The notes under the pieces were generated by a model. That model had not been told where the DNA came from. It ran no database searches and was given only the letters and a program-made list of their open reading frames with translations. From NCBI GenBank assembly GCA_963422205.2, contig CAXMWX010000001.1:416001-480000 (forward strand): 64,000 nucleotides of DNA, in the 5' to 3' direction. Origin of the DNA: Gammaproteobacteria bacterium. GTDB taxonomy: Bacteria > Pseudomonadota > Gammaproteobacteria > Eutrophobiales > Eutrophobiaceae. The position numbers and the translations under genes are program-made. Below, piece after piece: positions 48,045 through 58,951 of this stretch. Within the stretch, counting starts at the first letter, position 1. Each line of letters begins with the position of its first letter.

Positions 48045-49130
48045 GTGCCGCTGGTCGCCAACACGGATCTGCCCAGTTTCCAGCGTCTCATCGATGAGGG
48101 GGCGACCGTGCTGTCCAGTGTGGCGGCGCTCAAGCAGGATATACGGGAGCTGCACATCGGCCTGCTGAATATGATGCCAGATGCCGCGCTGGCGGCGACC
48201 GAGCGGCAGTTTTTCCGCTTGATCGGTGAGAGTAACCAGATTGCACAATTCTACCTGCATCCCTTCACGATTGATGAATTGCCGCGCAAGGCTGAGGGCA
48301 GGGCGCATGTCGAACACTACTACACGCCATTCTCGCAGATTAAGGCCGAGGGGCTGGATGCCTTGATCATCACCGGTGCGAATGTCATCGGCCGGGATTT
48401 GGAAGCCCAGGCGTTCTGGCGGCCCTTGATCGAGATCGTGGATTGGGCCTATGAAAATGTCACCTCCACGCTGTGTTCCTGTCTGGCTACCCATGCGGTG
48501 TTGCAATTTCGCTATGGGCAACGGCGGCAGCCGCTGAATAAAAAATGCTGGGGGGTGTATTCGCATCAGGTCATTGACCGGCAACATCCGCTAATCGCTG
48601 GTGTGAATACCCGGTTTGATGTGCCGCATTCACGCTTTAACGTGGTCACCAGGGCGCAGTTTCAGGCGGCCGGATTGCCGGTACTGGTGTTGAGTGATGC
48701 GGGCGATGTGCATCTGGCCGTGAGCGAGGATGGGATCAGGATCGTCTTTTTTCAGGGGCATCCTGAATATGACATCATCAGCTTGCTGAAGGAATACAAG
48801 CGTGAGGTAGGGCGCTATATCGCCAGCGAGACCGATGCCTGGCCGCCGTTTCCAGAGCATTATCTTGGCCTTCGCAGCAAGGCGATTTTAAATGAGTTTC
48901 GTGAGCGTGTCGATCAGGCCAAGATCGATCGGGCCGGGGCGGATAACCTGTCTCTGCCCGATTTTCCCGAACCACTCATCACCCCCCGGCTGCATAACAC
49001 TTGGCATGACAGCGCCGAGGCGGTGCTGAATAACTGGCTTGGCCGGGTTTATCAGCTAACCCACCTGGACCGCAGGATTCCCTTTCGGGATGAGATAGAT
49101 GCCAGCGACCCCCTGGGCTTAAAGTCTTAG
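48045..49130 (+). CDS. metA: Homoserine O-succinyl/acetyltransferase
   Basis: QDIRELHIGLLNMMPD, DALIITGA, CLATHA, PHSR, QGHPEYD; GTG start at 48045. Confidence 0.92.
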   Translation: MPLVANTDLPSFQRLIDEGATVLSSVAALKQDIRELHIGLLNMMPDAALAATERQFFRLIGESNQIAQFYLHPFTIDELPRKAEGRAHVEHYYTPFSQIKAEGLDALIITGANVIGRDLEAQAFWRPLIEIVDWAYENVTSTLCSCLATHAVLQFRYGQRRQPLNKKCWGVYSHQVIDRQHPLIAGVNTRFDVPHSRFNVVTRAQFQAAGLPVLVLSDAGDVHLAVSEDGIRIVFFQGHPEYDIISLLKEYKREVGRYIASETDAWPPFPEHYLGLRSKAILNEFRERVDQAKIDRAGADNLSLPDFPEPLITPRLHNTWHDSAEAVLNNWLGRVYQLTHLDRRIPFRDEIDASDPLGLKS

Positions 49131-49162
49131 GGACTTAAAAGCCCTGGCCTGGTGCTACCGGC

Positions 49163-49483
49163 TCATGTCTCTTCGGTCGTCTCCGCTGTGATTTTTTTGT
49201 CCGCTGGTGGCTGTGTTTCTGTGGGCCAGGGGCTGAAAGGAAACGGCCGGGTATCAGACTGGAAGGTGATGTAATGGATGATCTGATATATGTACAGGGC
49301 AAGAGCGGCGCTGAAATTGGCCAGGTGTGTATTCAGTTTGCCGCTGACGACCTTCGTGACAAACTGAAAGACCACCAGCAGAAATAATATCCCGAAGACA
49401 AAGTACAGGATGACACTGAAAACCACGATAAACAGGCCCCGCAACCAGACATCGGGATTTTTGGCGTTTGCTTTTATGTCCAT
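49163..49483 (-). CDS. DUF4389 membrane protein
   Basis: WLRGLF...VVFQF...YIYQII.YITF....PFPFSPWP. Confidence 0.75.
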   Translation of the reverse strand: MDIKANAKNPDVWLRGLFIVVFSVILYFVFGILFLLVVFQFVTKVVSGKLNTHLANFSAALALYIYQIIHYITFQSDTRPFPFSPWPTETQPPADKKITAETTEET

Positions 49484-49692
49484 TAAGCTAACTCGTGTTG
49501 GTTGATGAATGTCAATCTGCACATGGTAGCAGACTTTAAGGTGCGCTGACAGCAATTTCAGTCGGGCAGGTTAAGGATGGCAACAGGAATACGCCCGTCC
49601 TGCTTTCGCCTGAACACCCGCACTCATCACCGCCAGCGCGTTATAACTGGCGGGGTAGCCGTACCCCCGGCGGCCAGGCGATGTAAAAGGCT

Positions 49693-50253
49693 TTATGTCG
49701 GGATGATGAGCCGCTGCTCGGTAACGATCACCTCCATCAGCACATCATGCGCCTGCCGGGGTATGGCATCGTGCAGCAGGCACTCATAGCCCAGTGCGAT
49801 CCTTGTTACCCTGGGATGGGTGCTGAACCAGCGATCATAATAGCCTTTGCCATAGCCAAGGCGGCGGCCATCCGTGGAAAAACTCAGGCCGGGGGTGATG
49901 CTGATGTCAATCGTCCCCGGGTAGGCTGTGTTGCTCTGGGGTGTCAGGATCCCCAGCGGGCCTTTTTTCAGGGTATCCCAGCCCGTGAACCGGGTGGCTA
50001 TCATCTTGCCATCTGTGAGTCTCGGCACCAGCAGTGTTTTGTGTTCAGCGAGGCAATGCTCGATCAAGGCACGGGTGCTGATCTCCGCTGCCGTGGCTAA
50101 ATAAATAAACACCACGCTGGCGGCCCTGAACGCATCCAGGGTCTGTAGCCGTTGTGCGATCTGGCGATCGAATGCCGTTTTTTGCTGCACCGTAAGCTGG
50201 CGGCGGCGCCGTTTAAGCTGTACCCGCTGTTGCTGTTTTGCTGTCTGTTTCAT
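49693..50253 (-). CDS. 5-formyltetrahydrofolate cyclo-ligase
   Basis: K...R..LK, PGLSFSTDGRRLGYGKGYYDR, HDVLME.IVTE. Confidence 0.92.
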   Translation of the reverse strand: MKQTAKQQQRVQLKRRRRQLTVQQKTAFDRQIAQRLQTLDAFRAASVVFIYLATAAEISTRALIEHCLAEHKTLLVPRLTDGKMIATRFTGWDTLKKGPLGILTPQSNTAYPGTIDISITPGLSFSTDGRRLGYGKGYYDRWFSTHPRVTRIALGYECLLHDAIPRQAHDVLMEVIVTEQRLIIPT

Positions 50254-50506
50254 TGTCGCATCCGCATCAATCCCTGTACTTTGCTTCTTATCCTCATGCC
50301 TCGGTCAAGATAGCCCGGCGGGTCACTGGATAAAGTGACTCACAGCCCGATGTTATTGATGCGAATTGTTTGCCCATGTTCTCTTTAATTGGCTTTCTTT
50401 TTGTGCCGTTTTACGTACAATACCTTCACTTTTTCGAGCAGTTGCCCGAGGCAGTTAAGAAGCAGTCGCCGGGGCGGCGCAACAGTAATTTTTCAGGTAG
50501 CAATTT

Positions 50507-50794
50507 ATGGTCACCATCCGATTAGCACGCGCTGGCGCTAAAAAACGCCCTTTCTATCATATTGTCGTTGCGGATTCACGCAGCCCCCGTGATGGTCGCT
50601 ATATCGAGCGTCTGGGGTTTTATGATTCCGCGCCCGCCGGCCAGCATGATAACCAGAGTGAGGGCCTGCGGCTGAATGTTGAGCGGGTTGATTACTGGCT
50701 GTCTCAGGGGGCGGCGACCTCGGCCCGGGTAGCCAGGCTGATCAAGCATAACCGGCGGTTCTCGGTGCCAGAGGCCCCGGCGACTGCTGAGTAA
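50507..50794 (+). CDS. rpsP: 30S ribosomal protein S16
   Basis: [39 protein letters not shown]. Confidence 0.98.
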   Translation: MVTIRLARAGAKKRPFYHIVVADSRSPRDGRYIERLGFYDSAPAGQHDNQSEGLRLNVERVDYWLSQGAATSARVARLIKHNRRFSVPEAPATAE

Positions 50795-50795
50795 C

Positions 50796-51317
50796 ATGAT
50801 GCGGCCGGCTGCGCCCTGTCAGCCACAGGTTGTGCTCGGCAAGGTGATGGCCGCCTATGGCATCAAGGGCTGGTTAAAAGTCTACTCATACACCCGGCCG
50901 GCAGAGAATATAGTCAGCTACAGTCCCTGGACTTTGAGGACACAGACCAGGACCCTGCCGGTGGCGGTTTTGGAAGGCAGGATGCAGGGCAAGGGCGTGA
51001 TTGTCAGGCTGGACGGGATCACGGATCGGGAGGCGGCAAGTAATTTGCGGGGGGCAGAGATCCGTATTGTCGGCGAGCAGTTGCCTGCATTGCCAACGGG
51101 ACAATTTTACTGGCATGAGTTGCTGATGCTCGATGTGATTAATCTTGCGGGCGAGAGACTGGGCAGGATCACCGGGATTAAAGAGACGGCCGCCAATGAT
51201 GTGCTGGTCGTTGAAGGCCAGCGGCGCTGCCTCATCCCCTGGGTGTATGCACACTATATCAAGGCGGTGGATCTGGCGGCAGGTGAGTTACGGGTTGACT
51301 GGCCGGCGGCGGAGTGA
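50796..51317 (+). CDS. rimM: Ribosome maturation factor RimM
   Basis: [33 protein letters not shown]; synteny. Confidence 0.95.
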   Translation: MMRPAAPCQPQVVLGKVMAAYGIKGWLKVYSYTRPAENIVSYSPWTLRTQTRTLPVAVLEGRMQGKGVIVRLDGITDREAASNLRGAEIRIVGEQLPALPTGQFYWHELLMLDVINLAGERLGRITGIKETAANDVLVVEGQRRCLIPWVYAHYIKAVDLAAGELRVDWPAAE

Positions 51318-52153
51318 TGTTGCAAATTGCGCTGGTGAGTCTGTTTCCTGAGATGCTGGCCGCAGTCACCGACTATGGCATGACAAGGCGGGCGGTGCAG
51401 CAAGGCATCTTGCAAGTCTCTGGCTTTAATCCGCGTGATTATGTCGATGATGTGCATGGCAAAGTGGACGACCGGCCCTATGGCGGGGGTGCCGGGATGG
51501 TGATGCAGGTGCAGCCATTACAGGCGGCGATCACCGCTGCCAGGGCCGCCATCAGCGAGGCCAGGGTGGTGTATTTATCCCCGCAGGGCTGTCTGCTCAA
51601 GCAGAATCTGTGTACCGAGATAGCGGCTGCCCGGCAGAATCTGATATTGATAGCGGGGCGTTATGAAGGCATTGATGAGCGCTTGATCGGGCTTGAGGTG
51701 GATGCAGAATGGTCAATAGGCGACTATGTGCTTTCCGGCGGCGAATTGGCGGGCATGGTCGTGATAGATGCTGTTGCCCGCTGTTTGCCTGGTGTGCTGG
51801 GGCATGAGGCCTCTGCCGGGCAGGATTCTTTTGCCGATGGGCTGCTGGATCACCCGCATTATACCCGACCGGAATCGGTGGCAGGTGTGGCTGTTCCCTC
51901 GGTGTTGATGGGCGGCAACCATGAGGCCATCCGCCGCTGGCGCCTGAAGCAGGCCCTGGGGCGCACCTGGCAACGGCGGCCCGAGTTGTTACAGGCGAGA
52001 CCGCTGGATGCTGAACAACGGCAGCTGTTGCAGGAATATCAAGATGAGCAGGGGAGAGGAGAAATGAGCCCGGGAAACATGAGCATGAATCAGATGGCTG
52101 ATGTCAGGACATGCTCCCAGGGTGTGAAATTATTCAGTCATATAAGAGAGTGA
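51317..52153 (+). CDS. trmD: tRNA (guanine-N1)-methyltransferase
   Basis: [46 protein letters not shown]. Confidence 0.97.
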   Translation: MLQIALVSLFPEMLAAVTDYGMTRRAVQQGILQVSGFNPRDYVDDVHGKVDDRPYGGGAGMVMQVQPLQAAITAARAAISEARVVYLSPQGCLLKQNLCTEIAAARQNLILIAGRYEGIDERLIGLEVDAEWSIGDYVLSGGELAGMVVIDAVARCLPGVLGHEASAGQDSFADGLLDHPHYTRPESVAGVAVPSVLMGGNHEAIRRWRLKQALGRTWQRRPELLQARPLDAEQRQLLQEYQDEQGRGEMSPGNMSMNQMADVRTCSQGVKLFSHIRE

Positions 52154-52167
52154 TGGAGTCTGGCGTG

Positions 52168-52515
52168 ATGAATACGATAGCAGAATTGGAGCAAGAGCAA
52201 CTCAACGGCGACATACCGGCATTTGCCAGCGGTGATACCATCATCGTGCAGGTGAAGGTCAAAGAGGGGCAGCGAGAGCGCTTGCAGGCGTTCGAAGGTG
52301 TGGTGATCGCCAGGAAGAATCGCGGCCTTAATTCATCCTTCACCGTACGCAAGATATCCTATGGCGAAGGCGTGGAAAGGGTGTTTCAGACCCATAGCCC
52401 GGCGATAGCCTCAATTCAAGTGAAGCGCCGTGGTGCTGTACGTCGTGCCAAGCTGTACTATATGCGTGACCGCCGGGGCAAGGCCGCCCGTATCAAGGAA
52501 AAAATCAAATCCTGA
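52168..52515 (+). CDS. rplS: 50S ribosomal protein L19
   Basis: [42 protein letters not shown]. Confidence 0.98.
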   Translation: MNTIAELEQEQLNGDIPAFASGDTIIVQVKVKEGQRERLQAFEGVVIARKNRGLNSSFTVRKISYGEGVERVFQTHSPAIASIQVKRRGAVRRAKLYYMRDRRGKAARIKEKIKS

Positions 52516-52570
52516 TGCCGGTCTGCTGCCGGGGAACTCGCTGCTTGTGACTGACCAGGAACGCAAGCGG

Positions 52571-53449
52571 GTGAATCCGCTGATCGATCAGTTTCTTGAT
52601 GCCATCTGGATGGAGCGCGGATTAAGCGAAAATACACTTAGTGCCTACCGTCATGATCTCTCTGCTTTTGCGGCCTGGGCAGCACAGCGCGGTATAACGA
52701 TAGAACAGGCACGGGCCGGGGATGTACAGGCCTGGCTGGCCAGTCAGGCGGCACAATCCAGCCGTACCTCCGCCCGGCGCCTGTCCAGTTTGCGCGGCCT
52801 GTTTCACTACCTGGTGAGGGAGGAGAGGCTGGCGCACGACCCCACGGCACAGATTAGCGCACCCCGCATTGGTCGCCAGTTGCCCAAATCTCTGACCGAG
52901 GCAGAGGTGGACGCCTTGCTGGCGGCGCCTGATACAACCACGGCCACGGGCCTGCGCGACCGGGCCATGCTGGAAGTGCTGTATGCGACTGGCCTGCGGG
53001 TATCAGAGCTGGTGCGGTTGAGCGTGGTGCAGATCAACCTTCGGCAAGAGGTGGTGCGTATCATGGGCAAAGGTGGCAAGGAGCGCCTGGTGCCCCTGGG
53101 CGAGCAGGCGATTGACTGGTTACAGCGCTACATGACCACCGCCCGCCTGGAATTATTTCATGGCCCGCCTGATTTAGTTGTGTTTCCCAGCCGCCGCGGC
53201 ACCATGATGACGCGACAGACTTTTTGGTATGCCATAAAAAAATACGCCACTCTGGCCGGGATCAGCAAGCCCTTATCGCCCCATGTCCTGAGACATGCGT
53301 TTGCCACCCACCTGCTTAATCATGGGGCGGATTTGCGCGTGGTGCAGATGTTATTAGGGCATACAGATATCTCCACCACCCAGATCTATACGCATATCGC
53401 CAGACAGCGATTAAAGGATCTGCATGCAGCACACCATCCACGGGGTTGA
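52571..53449 (+). CDS. xerD: Site-specific tyrosine recombinase XerD
   Basis: ERGLSENTLSAYR.DL, LRDRAMLEVLYATGLRVSELV, SPHVLRHAFATHLLNHGADLRVVQMLLGH..ISTTQIYTH. Start approximate. Confidence 0.95.
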   Translation: MNPLIDQFLDAIWMERGLSENTLSAYRHDLSAFAAWAAQRGITIEQARAGDVQAWLASQAAQSSRTSARRLSSLRGLFHYLVREERLAHDPTAQISAPRIGRQLPKSLTEAEVDALLAAPDTTTATGLRDRAMLEVLYATGLRVSELVRLSVVQINLRQEVVRIMGKGGKERLVPLGEQAIDWLQRYMTTARLELFHGPPDLVVFPSRRGTMMTRQTFWYAIKKYATLAGISKPLSPHVLRHAFATHLLNHGADLRVVQMLLGHTDISTTQIYTHIARQRLKDLHAAHHPRG

Positions 53450-53478
53450 CCCATAATCATGACAGATGAGGCGAACAG

Positions 53479-53844
53479 ATGATAAAGACCGCCAATGAAC
53501 TGATTGCCGCCGCGCAGTCACAGATCGATTGCGTGGATGCGGCTGCCGCAAAAGCATTGTATGAACAGGCCGAGGAGGGTGTGATCATTGATGTCAGAGA
53601 GGCCGATGCCGCCGCCGAATCGAAACTCAAAGCCGCCGTGAATATTCCCCGGGGCGTATTGGAGTTGAAGTTACCCGCCTTGTGTGCAACCCCGGAGACC
53701 TTGATCCTGATACATTGTGGCGGCGGTGGCCGGGCATCGTTATCTGCCCTGACACTGCAACAGATGGGCTATGTAAACGTACATGCGATCACCGCCCGGT
53801 ATGAGGACATCAAGGCCGTGTTTGATGGGGAAAAGCCGGAGTAA
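53479..53844 (+). CDS. Rhodanese-like domain protein
   Basis: IIDVRE, VNIPRGVLE, HCGGGGRASL. Confidence 0.88.
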   Translation: MIKTANELIAAAQSQIDCVDAAAAKALYEQAEEGVIIDVREADAAAESKLKAAVNIPRGVLELKLPALCATPETLILIHCGGGGRASLSALTLQQMGYVNVHAITARYEDIKAVFDGEKPE

Positions 53845-53911
53845 ATGTCCACTATGCCGCCATGCTGGCGGCAGAGATCGGGCAACTCGTGCAGTTTGCC
53901 GGCAAGTGTCT

Positions 53912-55696
53912 TTAAGTATCCTCCTCATCCCGGTGGGTGGCGAGAGTGGCATACACCTCTTCCAGGCTGGTGTAACCATCCGCCACTTTCTGGGCGCCAC
54001 TGAGAGCGAGCGAGCGCATGCCTTGTTTGCTGGCCGCCTGCTGTATCTCTTCCAGTTCGGCAGAGCGGGTGATCAGCCGCCTTATCGGGTTATCAATCAC
54101 CAGCGTTTCGTAGATGCCGATACGGCCTTGATAACCTGTACCCCGGCAGTCGTCACAGCCCCGGCTGGTGTATACGGTTTTCGGTGCTCGTGTTTTGTAG
54201 GGATAAACCAAATCTGCCCATGCCTGCCTGTCCAGATTGGTTTTGGTTTTACACAACGGGCAGAGTGTTCTGAGCAGACGCTGGGCGATGATGCCCAGTA
54301 GCGTTGCGCTGATTAAGTAAGGCTGGGTACCGAGATCAAGCAGGCGTATGATCGTTGCAGGTGCGTTGTTGGTGTGCAGGCTGGAGAGCACCCGATGGCC
54401 GGTGAGTGCGGCCTGCACCGCCACCTCGGCAGTCTCCCGGTCTCGTATCTCGCCGACCATGATGACGTCAGGGTCCTGCCGCAGTAAGGTTCTCACGCCC
54501 GTGGCAAAGCCGATGTCAAGCTGCGGCTGCACCTGCATTTGATTAAAATGTGGATCAACCAGTTCGATCGGGTCTTCGATGGTGCAGACATTGATATCCG
54601 GCCTGGCGATCTGTTTCAGAGTCGAATACAGCGTGGTGGTTTTACCCGAACCGGTCGGCCCGGTTACCAGCAGGATGCCGTGCGGGTTGGCAATCAGTCC
54701 TTGCCAGCAGGTGTGATCATGTTTGGTGAAGCCCAACTCATGCAGGCTCTTCATCAGCATGTCAGGATCAAAGATCCGCAACACCAGTTTCTCGCCGAAG
54801 GTGGTCGGCATGGTCGACAAGCGCATCTCCACCTCGGTACCGTTCGGGGTAAGCGTCTTTACCCGGCCATCCTGGGGCCGGCGTTTATCCGTGACATCCA
54901 TCCGCCCCAGTGTCTTTAAGCGGCTGGTAATTGCGCCCATGAGTTTAATCGGGAACTCATGCACCTGATGCAGCACGCCATCGATACGAAAACGGACTTT
55001 CCCCTGCTCACGGCGCGGCTCTAAGTGAATATCGCTGGCGCGTTGTTCAAAGGCAAACTGTAACAGCCAGTCCACCAGGCTGACGATATGACGATCATTG
55101 GCATCCGGTTCAATCCGCCCGACCTCAACCAGCGATTCGAAATTTTGTATTTCATTGAGCGAGCGAGTGGCGGTGTCAGAAACCGCCCCCATGATGGTCT
55201 TGCTGACGCCGTAAAATTCAATCAGGTAGCGCGTAACATCTCTGGGGTTGATGATGACGCGTTTGATTTGCCGTTGTGAGATACGTGCCAGTTCATGTTC
55301 CCAATGCGTTATCCAGGGCTCGCAGGTCGCCACGGTCAATTCGTATGCGTTTATCTCAACCGGCAGGATTTGCAGCTTGCTGGCATAGGCTTGGGATACC
55401 AGCCTCGTGATCTCGGCGACATCTGTCTTTAGCGGATCAACACGGAAATAGGGCTGTCCACACTCGGCGGCCAGCCATTTTGTTAATTGCTCCAGCGTCA
55501 GCTCATACGCAGGCCGGGTTATGCTGCGAAAGTTCTGTGCGGCGATTAAGATCAGTGGGTGTTTGTCTTGATCATCTCTGGATAAAGGGGCGGCCAGCAT
55601 CTGTTGCTGTTGTTTGGTGCTGATGATCCTGCTTTGGTATAACGCGGCGATCAGCTCTTGCAGGGTAAGTTTCTGGTTAGTATTGGGTTTCAGCAT
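53912..55696 (-). CDS. GspE/PulE/PilB-family secretion/assembly ATPase
   Basis: ASDIHLEP, RRPQDGR, VTGPTGSGKTTTLY, LRQDPDVIMVGEIRD, CxxC...CxxC zinc motif. Confidence 0.92.
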   Translation of the reverse strand: MLKPNTNQKLTLQELIAALYQSRIISTKQQQQMLAAPLSRDDQDKHPLILIAAQNFRSITRPAYELTLEQLTKWLAAECGQPYFRVDPLKTDVAEITRLVSQAYASKLQILPVEINAYELTVATCEPWITHWEHELARISQRQIKRVIINPRDVTRYLIEFYGVSKTIMGAVSDTATRSLNEIQNFESLVEVGRIEPDANDRHIVSLVDWLLQFAFEQRASDIHLEPRREQGKVRFRIDGVLHQVHEFPIKLMGAITSRLKTLGRMDVTDKRRPQDGRVKTLTPNGTEVEMRLSTMPTTFGEKLVLRIFDPDMLMKSLHELGFTKHDHTCWQGLIANPHGILLVTGPTGSGKTTTLYSTLKQIARPDINVCTIEDPIELVDPHFNQMQVQPQLDIGFATGVRTLLRQDPDVIMVGEIRDRETAEVAVQAALTGHRVLSSLHTNNAPATIIRLLDLGTQPYLISATLLGIIAQRLLRTLCPLCKTKTNLDRQAWADLVYPYKTRAPKTVYTSRGCDDCRGTGYQGRIGIYETLVIDNPIRRLITRSAELEEIQQAASKQGMRSLALSGAQKVADGYTSLEEVYATLATHRDEEDT

Positions 55697-55851
55697 GTAT
55701 TTTAGTTAAGATACTCGGCTATCAGACAGCTAAACTAATTCACCACAGGGACACTTACAAGTGAATTTTCCAGGTTTATTTTTCTGGATGAAACAGAGAA
55801 CCGATGCTACTGTCCCAATACCACTGCCATTTTTTAAGGAAGCCTTGCCTG

Positions 55852-56610
55852 ATGATAAGCCGATTCCCCCCGCTGTTTTTGACAGCATTATTATTTTGTG
55901 TTGTTGGTCAGAATCCTCTTGCAGATAACGCGTTGGCAGATGCAGCACGGACCGATGAGCAAAATGCCGTGCGCCAGGCGATTGAGAGCGTGTTTGATGA
56001 GGCCAAGGTCAGCCGGATAAGACCATCCGCCGTGCCGGGTTTGTATGAGGTGCTGGTTGGCACTGAGGTGATCTATGCAAGCGGCGATGGTCGTTATATT
56101 CTTCGAGGCGATCTCATTGATTTGCAGGCGCGGATAAATCTGAGTGAGAATCAACGTAGCCAGGCACGGCAGGCGATGCTCAAAGCTGTGCCAGTGGATG
56201 ACTTGGTGACGTTTGCCGCAGAGCATAAGAAGCACGCTGTTTATGTCTTCACCGACACCACCTGTGGTTATTGCCGTAAGCTGCATCAGGATGTGGCCGA
56301 GTTGAACAGACGGGGGGTTGATGTGCATTACCTTGCGTTTCCGCGCACCGGTGTCGGTTCACCGGCTTATCGTGAGATGGCGGCGGTGTGGTGCAGCGAG
56401 GATCAAAATGCCGCCATGACCCGGGCCAAGGCAGGCGGCATGGTCACGGCCAGCACCTGTGCCAATCCGGTGCAGGCGCACTATGAGCTGGGGCATGCGC
56501 TTGGGGTGCGGGGTACGCCGACCATCTATCTGGAGGATGGCACCAGTCTGCCCGGTTACGTGCCGCCACAGGTATTACTGCAAGAGCTACAGCAGAGCAC
56601 CGCCGATTAA
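55852..56610 (+). CDS. dsbC: Thiol:disulfide isomerase DsbC
   Basis: Signal peptide, PGLYEV, VFTDTTCGYCRKLH, YLAFPR, GVRGTP. Start at ATG 55852 preferred (AAGGA upstream). Confidence 0.9.
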   Translation: MISRFPPLFLTALLFCVVGQNPLADNALADAARTDEQNAVRQAIESVFDEAKVSRIRPSAVPGLYEVLVGTEVIYASGDGRYILRGDLIDLQARINLSENQRSQARQAMLKAVPVDDLVTFAAEHKKHAVYVFTDTTCGYCRKLHQDVAELNRRGVDVHYLAFPRTGVGSPAYREMAAVWCSEDQNAAMTRAKAGGMVTASTCANPVQAHYELGHALGVRGTPTIYLEDGTSLPGYVPPQVLLQELQQSTAD

Positions 56611-56700
56611 CACCGGGAGCTTGACGGCACAGGAACGAGGCAGACAACGGGCAGCGGCCTGGTGGTGTACACTGCTGCGATCGGTGATGGCGTGGCGGTA

Positions 56701-57429
56701 TTAATACGCAAGACCGGTCAGAGACTGAATCATCGCCACGGTCTTGTTTCTGTCTTTTTCGATGTTCTCTACCTTGACAGGCAGATAGCGCAGCTTTTCG
56801 GCACACCAGAGTGTTACCGTGCGGGTACGATTGTCTTTATAGCGAATCATCTTGATAGTATCAAACTCACCCAGCGGTGTTTGCAGTCTTTCCCGGCCAA
56901 GTTTCTCAAAGCTGTAGTTTTTGATTTTGCCGCCATCGGCGATCGTATAGGAAGCCCTGGCCTTGCCCGCCTCCAAATCCAGCATGATGGCAAGCTGGTA
57001 TAACAGCTTGTCCATGACTTCCGGTGTGCCGGGCATCTGCCAGGCATCGCCGTTAATGGTATTGATAATTTTCAGTTGCTCCCAGTCAAACTCAACCGAC
57101 ACGCGGCGGTCTTTTTTGCCGCCGGTATGCTGGTAAGTGTACAGGCTTGGTTTCGGTCTGCTGGCCGCAAAATCCCAGATACTTTTTTCAATGATGTGAT
57201 CTTTGCGAAATAACGCAACCAGCCCAACGGTTTTGGTTTCGGAAAAATATTCAAAACGGGCATCTGCCATCGGGGAGATGCGCCGCCGGATTCTGGCCAC
57301 TTTGGCACCAGCACGATACAGGCTGTATTCTGCGGTAAAAACCGGCGGGGCAAGCGGCTTAAGTTCAGGTTCAGCCAGGCTTGTCAGGCTGCCAAGCACT
57401 GCCGCCAGGCTGATAATAATTTTAAGCAT
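56701..57429 (-). CDS. DUF3108-like secreted protein
   Basis: Signal peptide; TPLGEFDTIK and LWCAEKLRYLPVK C-terminal motifs. Confidence 0.7.
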   Translation of the reverse strand: MLKIIISLAAVLGSLTSLAEPELKPLAPPVFTAEYSLYRAGAKVARIRRRISPMADARFEYFSETKTVGLVALFRKDHIIEKSIWDFAASRPKPSLYTYQHTGGKKDRRVSVEFDWEQLKIINTINGDAWQMPGTPEVMDKLLYQLAIMLDLEAGKARASYTIADGGKIKNYSFEKLGRERLQTPLGEFDTIKMIRYKDNRTRTVTLWCAEKLRYLPVKVENIEKDRNKTVAMIQSLTGLAY

Positions 57430-57511
57430 AATCCATATTTACGACAGTAACTATGTGATAAGATTTAATTTTTCCATGACAGAGCAAGCCGCTTTATAGC
57501 ATGCACAACTG

Positions 57512-58951
57512 ATGCAGACAAGCTATCACCCCGCCCGCCGCGCCAGGATCACCGTTATCGGCGATGTCATTTTAGATCGTTATGTGCACGGCACGATCAG
57601 CCGTATTTCCCCGGAAGCGCCGGTGCCGGTTATCCGGGTAGAGCGCGAGGAGGAGCGGGCCGGCGGGGCGGCCAATGTGGCGCTTAATATCAGCCGGCTG
57701 GGTGTGTCGGTACAGCTGCTTGGCATCACGGGCGATGATGTCAGCGCGGTGCGTTTGCAGGCCATGCTGGCAGAACAGGCCGTTGCCTGTGATCTGCTGC
57801 AACAGGATGATTTTCCGACTATCACTAAGATCCGGGTGGTTAGCCAGAATCAACAGTTGTTGCGTATGGATTATGAAGAGTCGCCGCAAACAGCCGATGG
57901 TTCGGCCTTGCTGGGGAGGTGCCTGGCCAGCCTGGATGACAGTGATTTGCTGGTGTTGTCGGATTATGCCAAGGGCAGCTTGCAGTGCGTGCCGGCGATG
58001 ATTGAGGCGGCAAGAGAACGTGATATTCCTATGCTTGTCGATCCCAAAGGCGGTGATTTTGAGCGCTACCGGGGGGCGACAACGCTAACGCCCAATATCA
58101 AGGAATTCGAGGCGGTGGCGGGCTGCTGTCAGACGGAACAGGACCTGGTCGATAAAGCACACGCATTGTGCCATGCGCTGCATATCAGCAGCCTGCTGAT
58201 TACTCGTGGTTCACAGGGGATCAGCCTGATTGAGCCAGCGCATGATCGGGCTTGGCACCTGCCGGCCGTCCGCCAGGAGGTGTTTGATGTCACCGGTGCT
58301 GGCGATACCGTGATAGCCACCTATGCGGCTGCTATCGCTTCGGGCTATGCTGCCCGGCAGGCGGTTGACTTTGCCAACCATGCGGCTGGTATCGTGATCA
58401 CCAGAATCGGCACGGCCAGCGTGACAGCGGCGGAGTTGAACAGTGCCCTGTGCGCCTGCGATTCGACTGCCCGATCCCGGCTGACCGCCGAGGAGGTGAT
58501 TGCGCTGGTCAGGCAGGCAAAAGCGGCCGGGGAGAGAATTGTCTTCACCAACGGCTGCTTTGATATTATTCACGCCGGGCATATCGCTTGTCTGCAACAG
58601 GCCAGGCAGGCTGGCCACCGGCTGGTGGTCGCCCTGAACGATGATGCGTCTGTGAGGCGTCTTAAAGGGGCAGGCCGACCGGTCAATTCCCTGCAACACC
58701 GGGCCGAGGTATTGCTTGCACTGGAAGCGGTGGACTGGGTTGTGCCGTTTGGCGAGGATACGCCGCTGGCATTGCTGAAGATGATCAATCCAGATGTGTT
58801 GGTGAAAGGAGGGGATTATCACGTGGCCGAGATTGTCGGGGCCGAGTACGTGCTAGCAAATGGCGGTGCCGTCAACATCATCCCGCGGCACCCGGGGCTG
58901 TCCACCACGGCCCTGATCGCCGGGATCAACAGCAAGGCGGCGGCTGGATGA
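57512..58951 (+). CDS. hldE: Bifunctional heptose-7-phosphate kinase / heptose-1-phosphate adenylyltransferase
   Basis: RISPEAPVPV, GGAANVA, DVTGAGDTV, FTNGCFDIIHAGH, LVKGGDY. Confidence 0.96.
   Translation: MQTSYHPARRARITVIGDVILDRYVHGTISRISPEAPVPVIRVEREEERAGGAANVALNISRLGVSVQLLGITGDDVSAVRLQAMLAEQAVACDLLQQDDFPTITKIRVVSQNQQLLRMDYEESPQTADGSALLGRCLASLDDSDLLVLSDYAKGSLQCVPAMIEAARERDIPMLVDPKGGDFERYRGATTLTPNIKEFEAVAGCCQTEQDLVDKAHALCHALHISSLLITRGSQGISLIEPAHDRAWHLPAVRQEVFDVTGAGDTVIATYAAAIASGYAARQAVDFANHAAGIVITRIGTASVTAAELNSALCACDSTARSRLTAEEVIALVRQAKAAGERIVFTNGCFDIIHAGHIACLQQARQAGHRLVVALNDDASVRRLKGAGRPVNSLQHRAEVLLALEAVDWVVPFGEDTPLALLKMINPDVLVKGGDYHVAEIVGAEYVLANGGAVNIIPRHPGLSTTALIAGINSKAAAG

Noticed and set aside
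50254-50500. 6S RNA expected upstream of the 5-formyl-THF cyclo-ligase gene
   Set aside because: I could not recognise 6S sequence or its long hairpin by eye; an Rfam search would be needed.
52040-52153. TrmD C-terminal extension of about 30 aa
   Set aside because: No motif; most simply a drifted stop codon.
52571-53449. Tyrosine recombinase as integrase for the islands
   Set aside because: Sequence motifs and position after rplS match housekeeping XerD.
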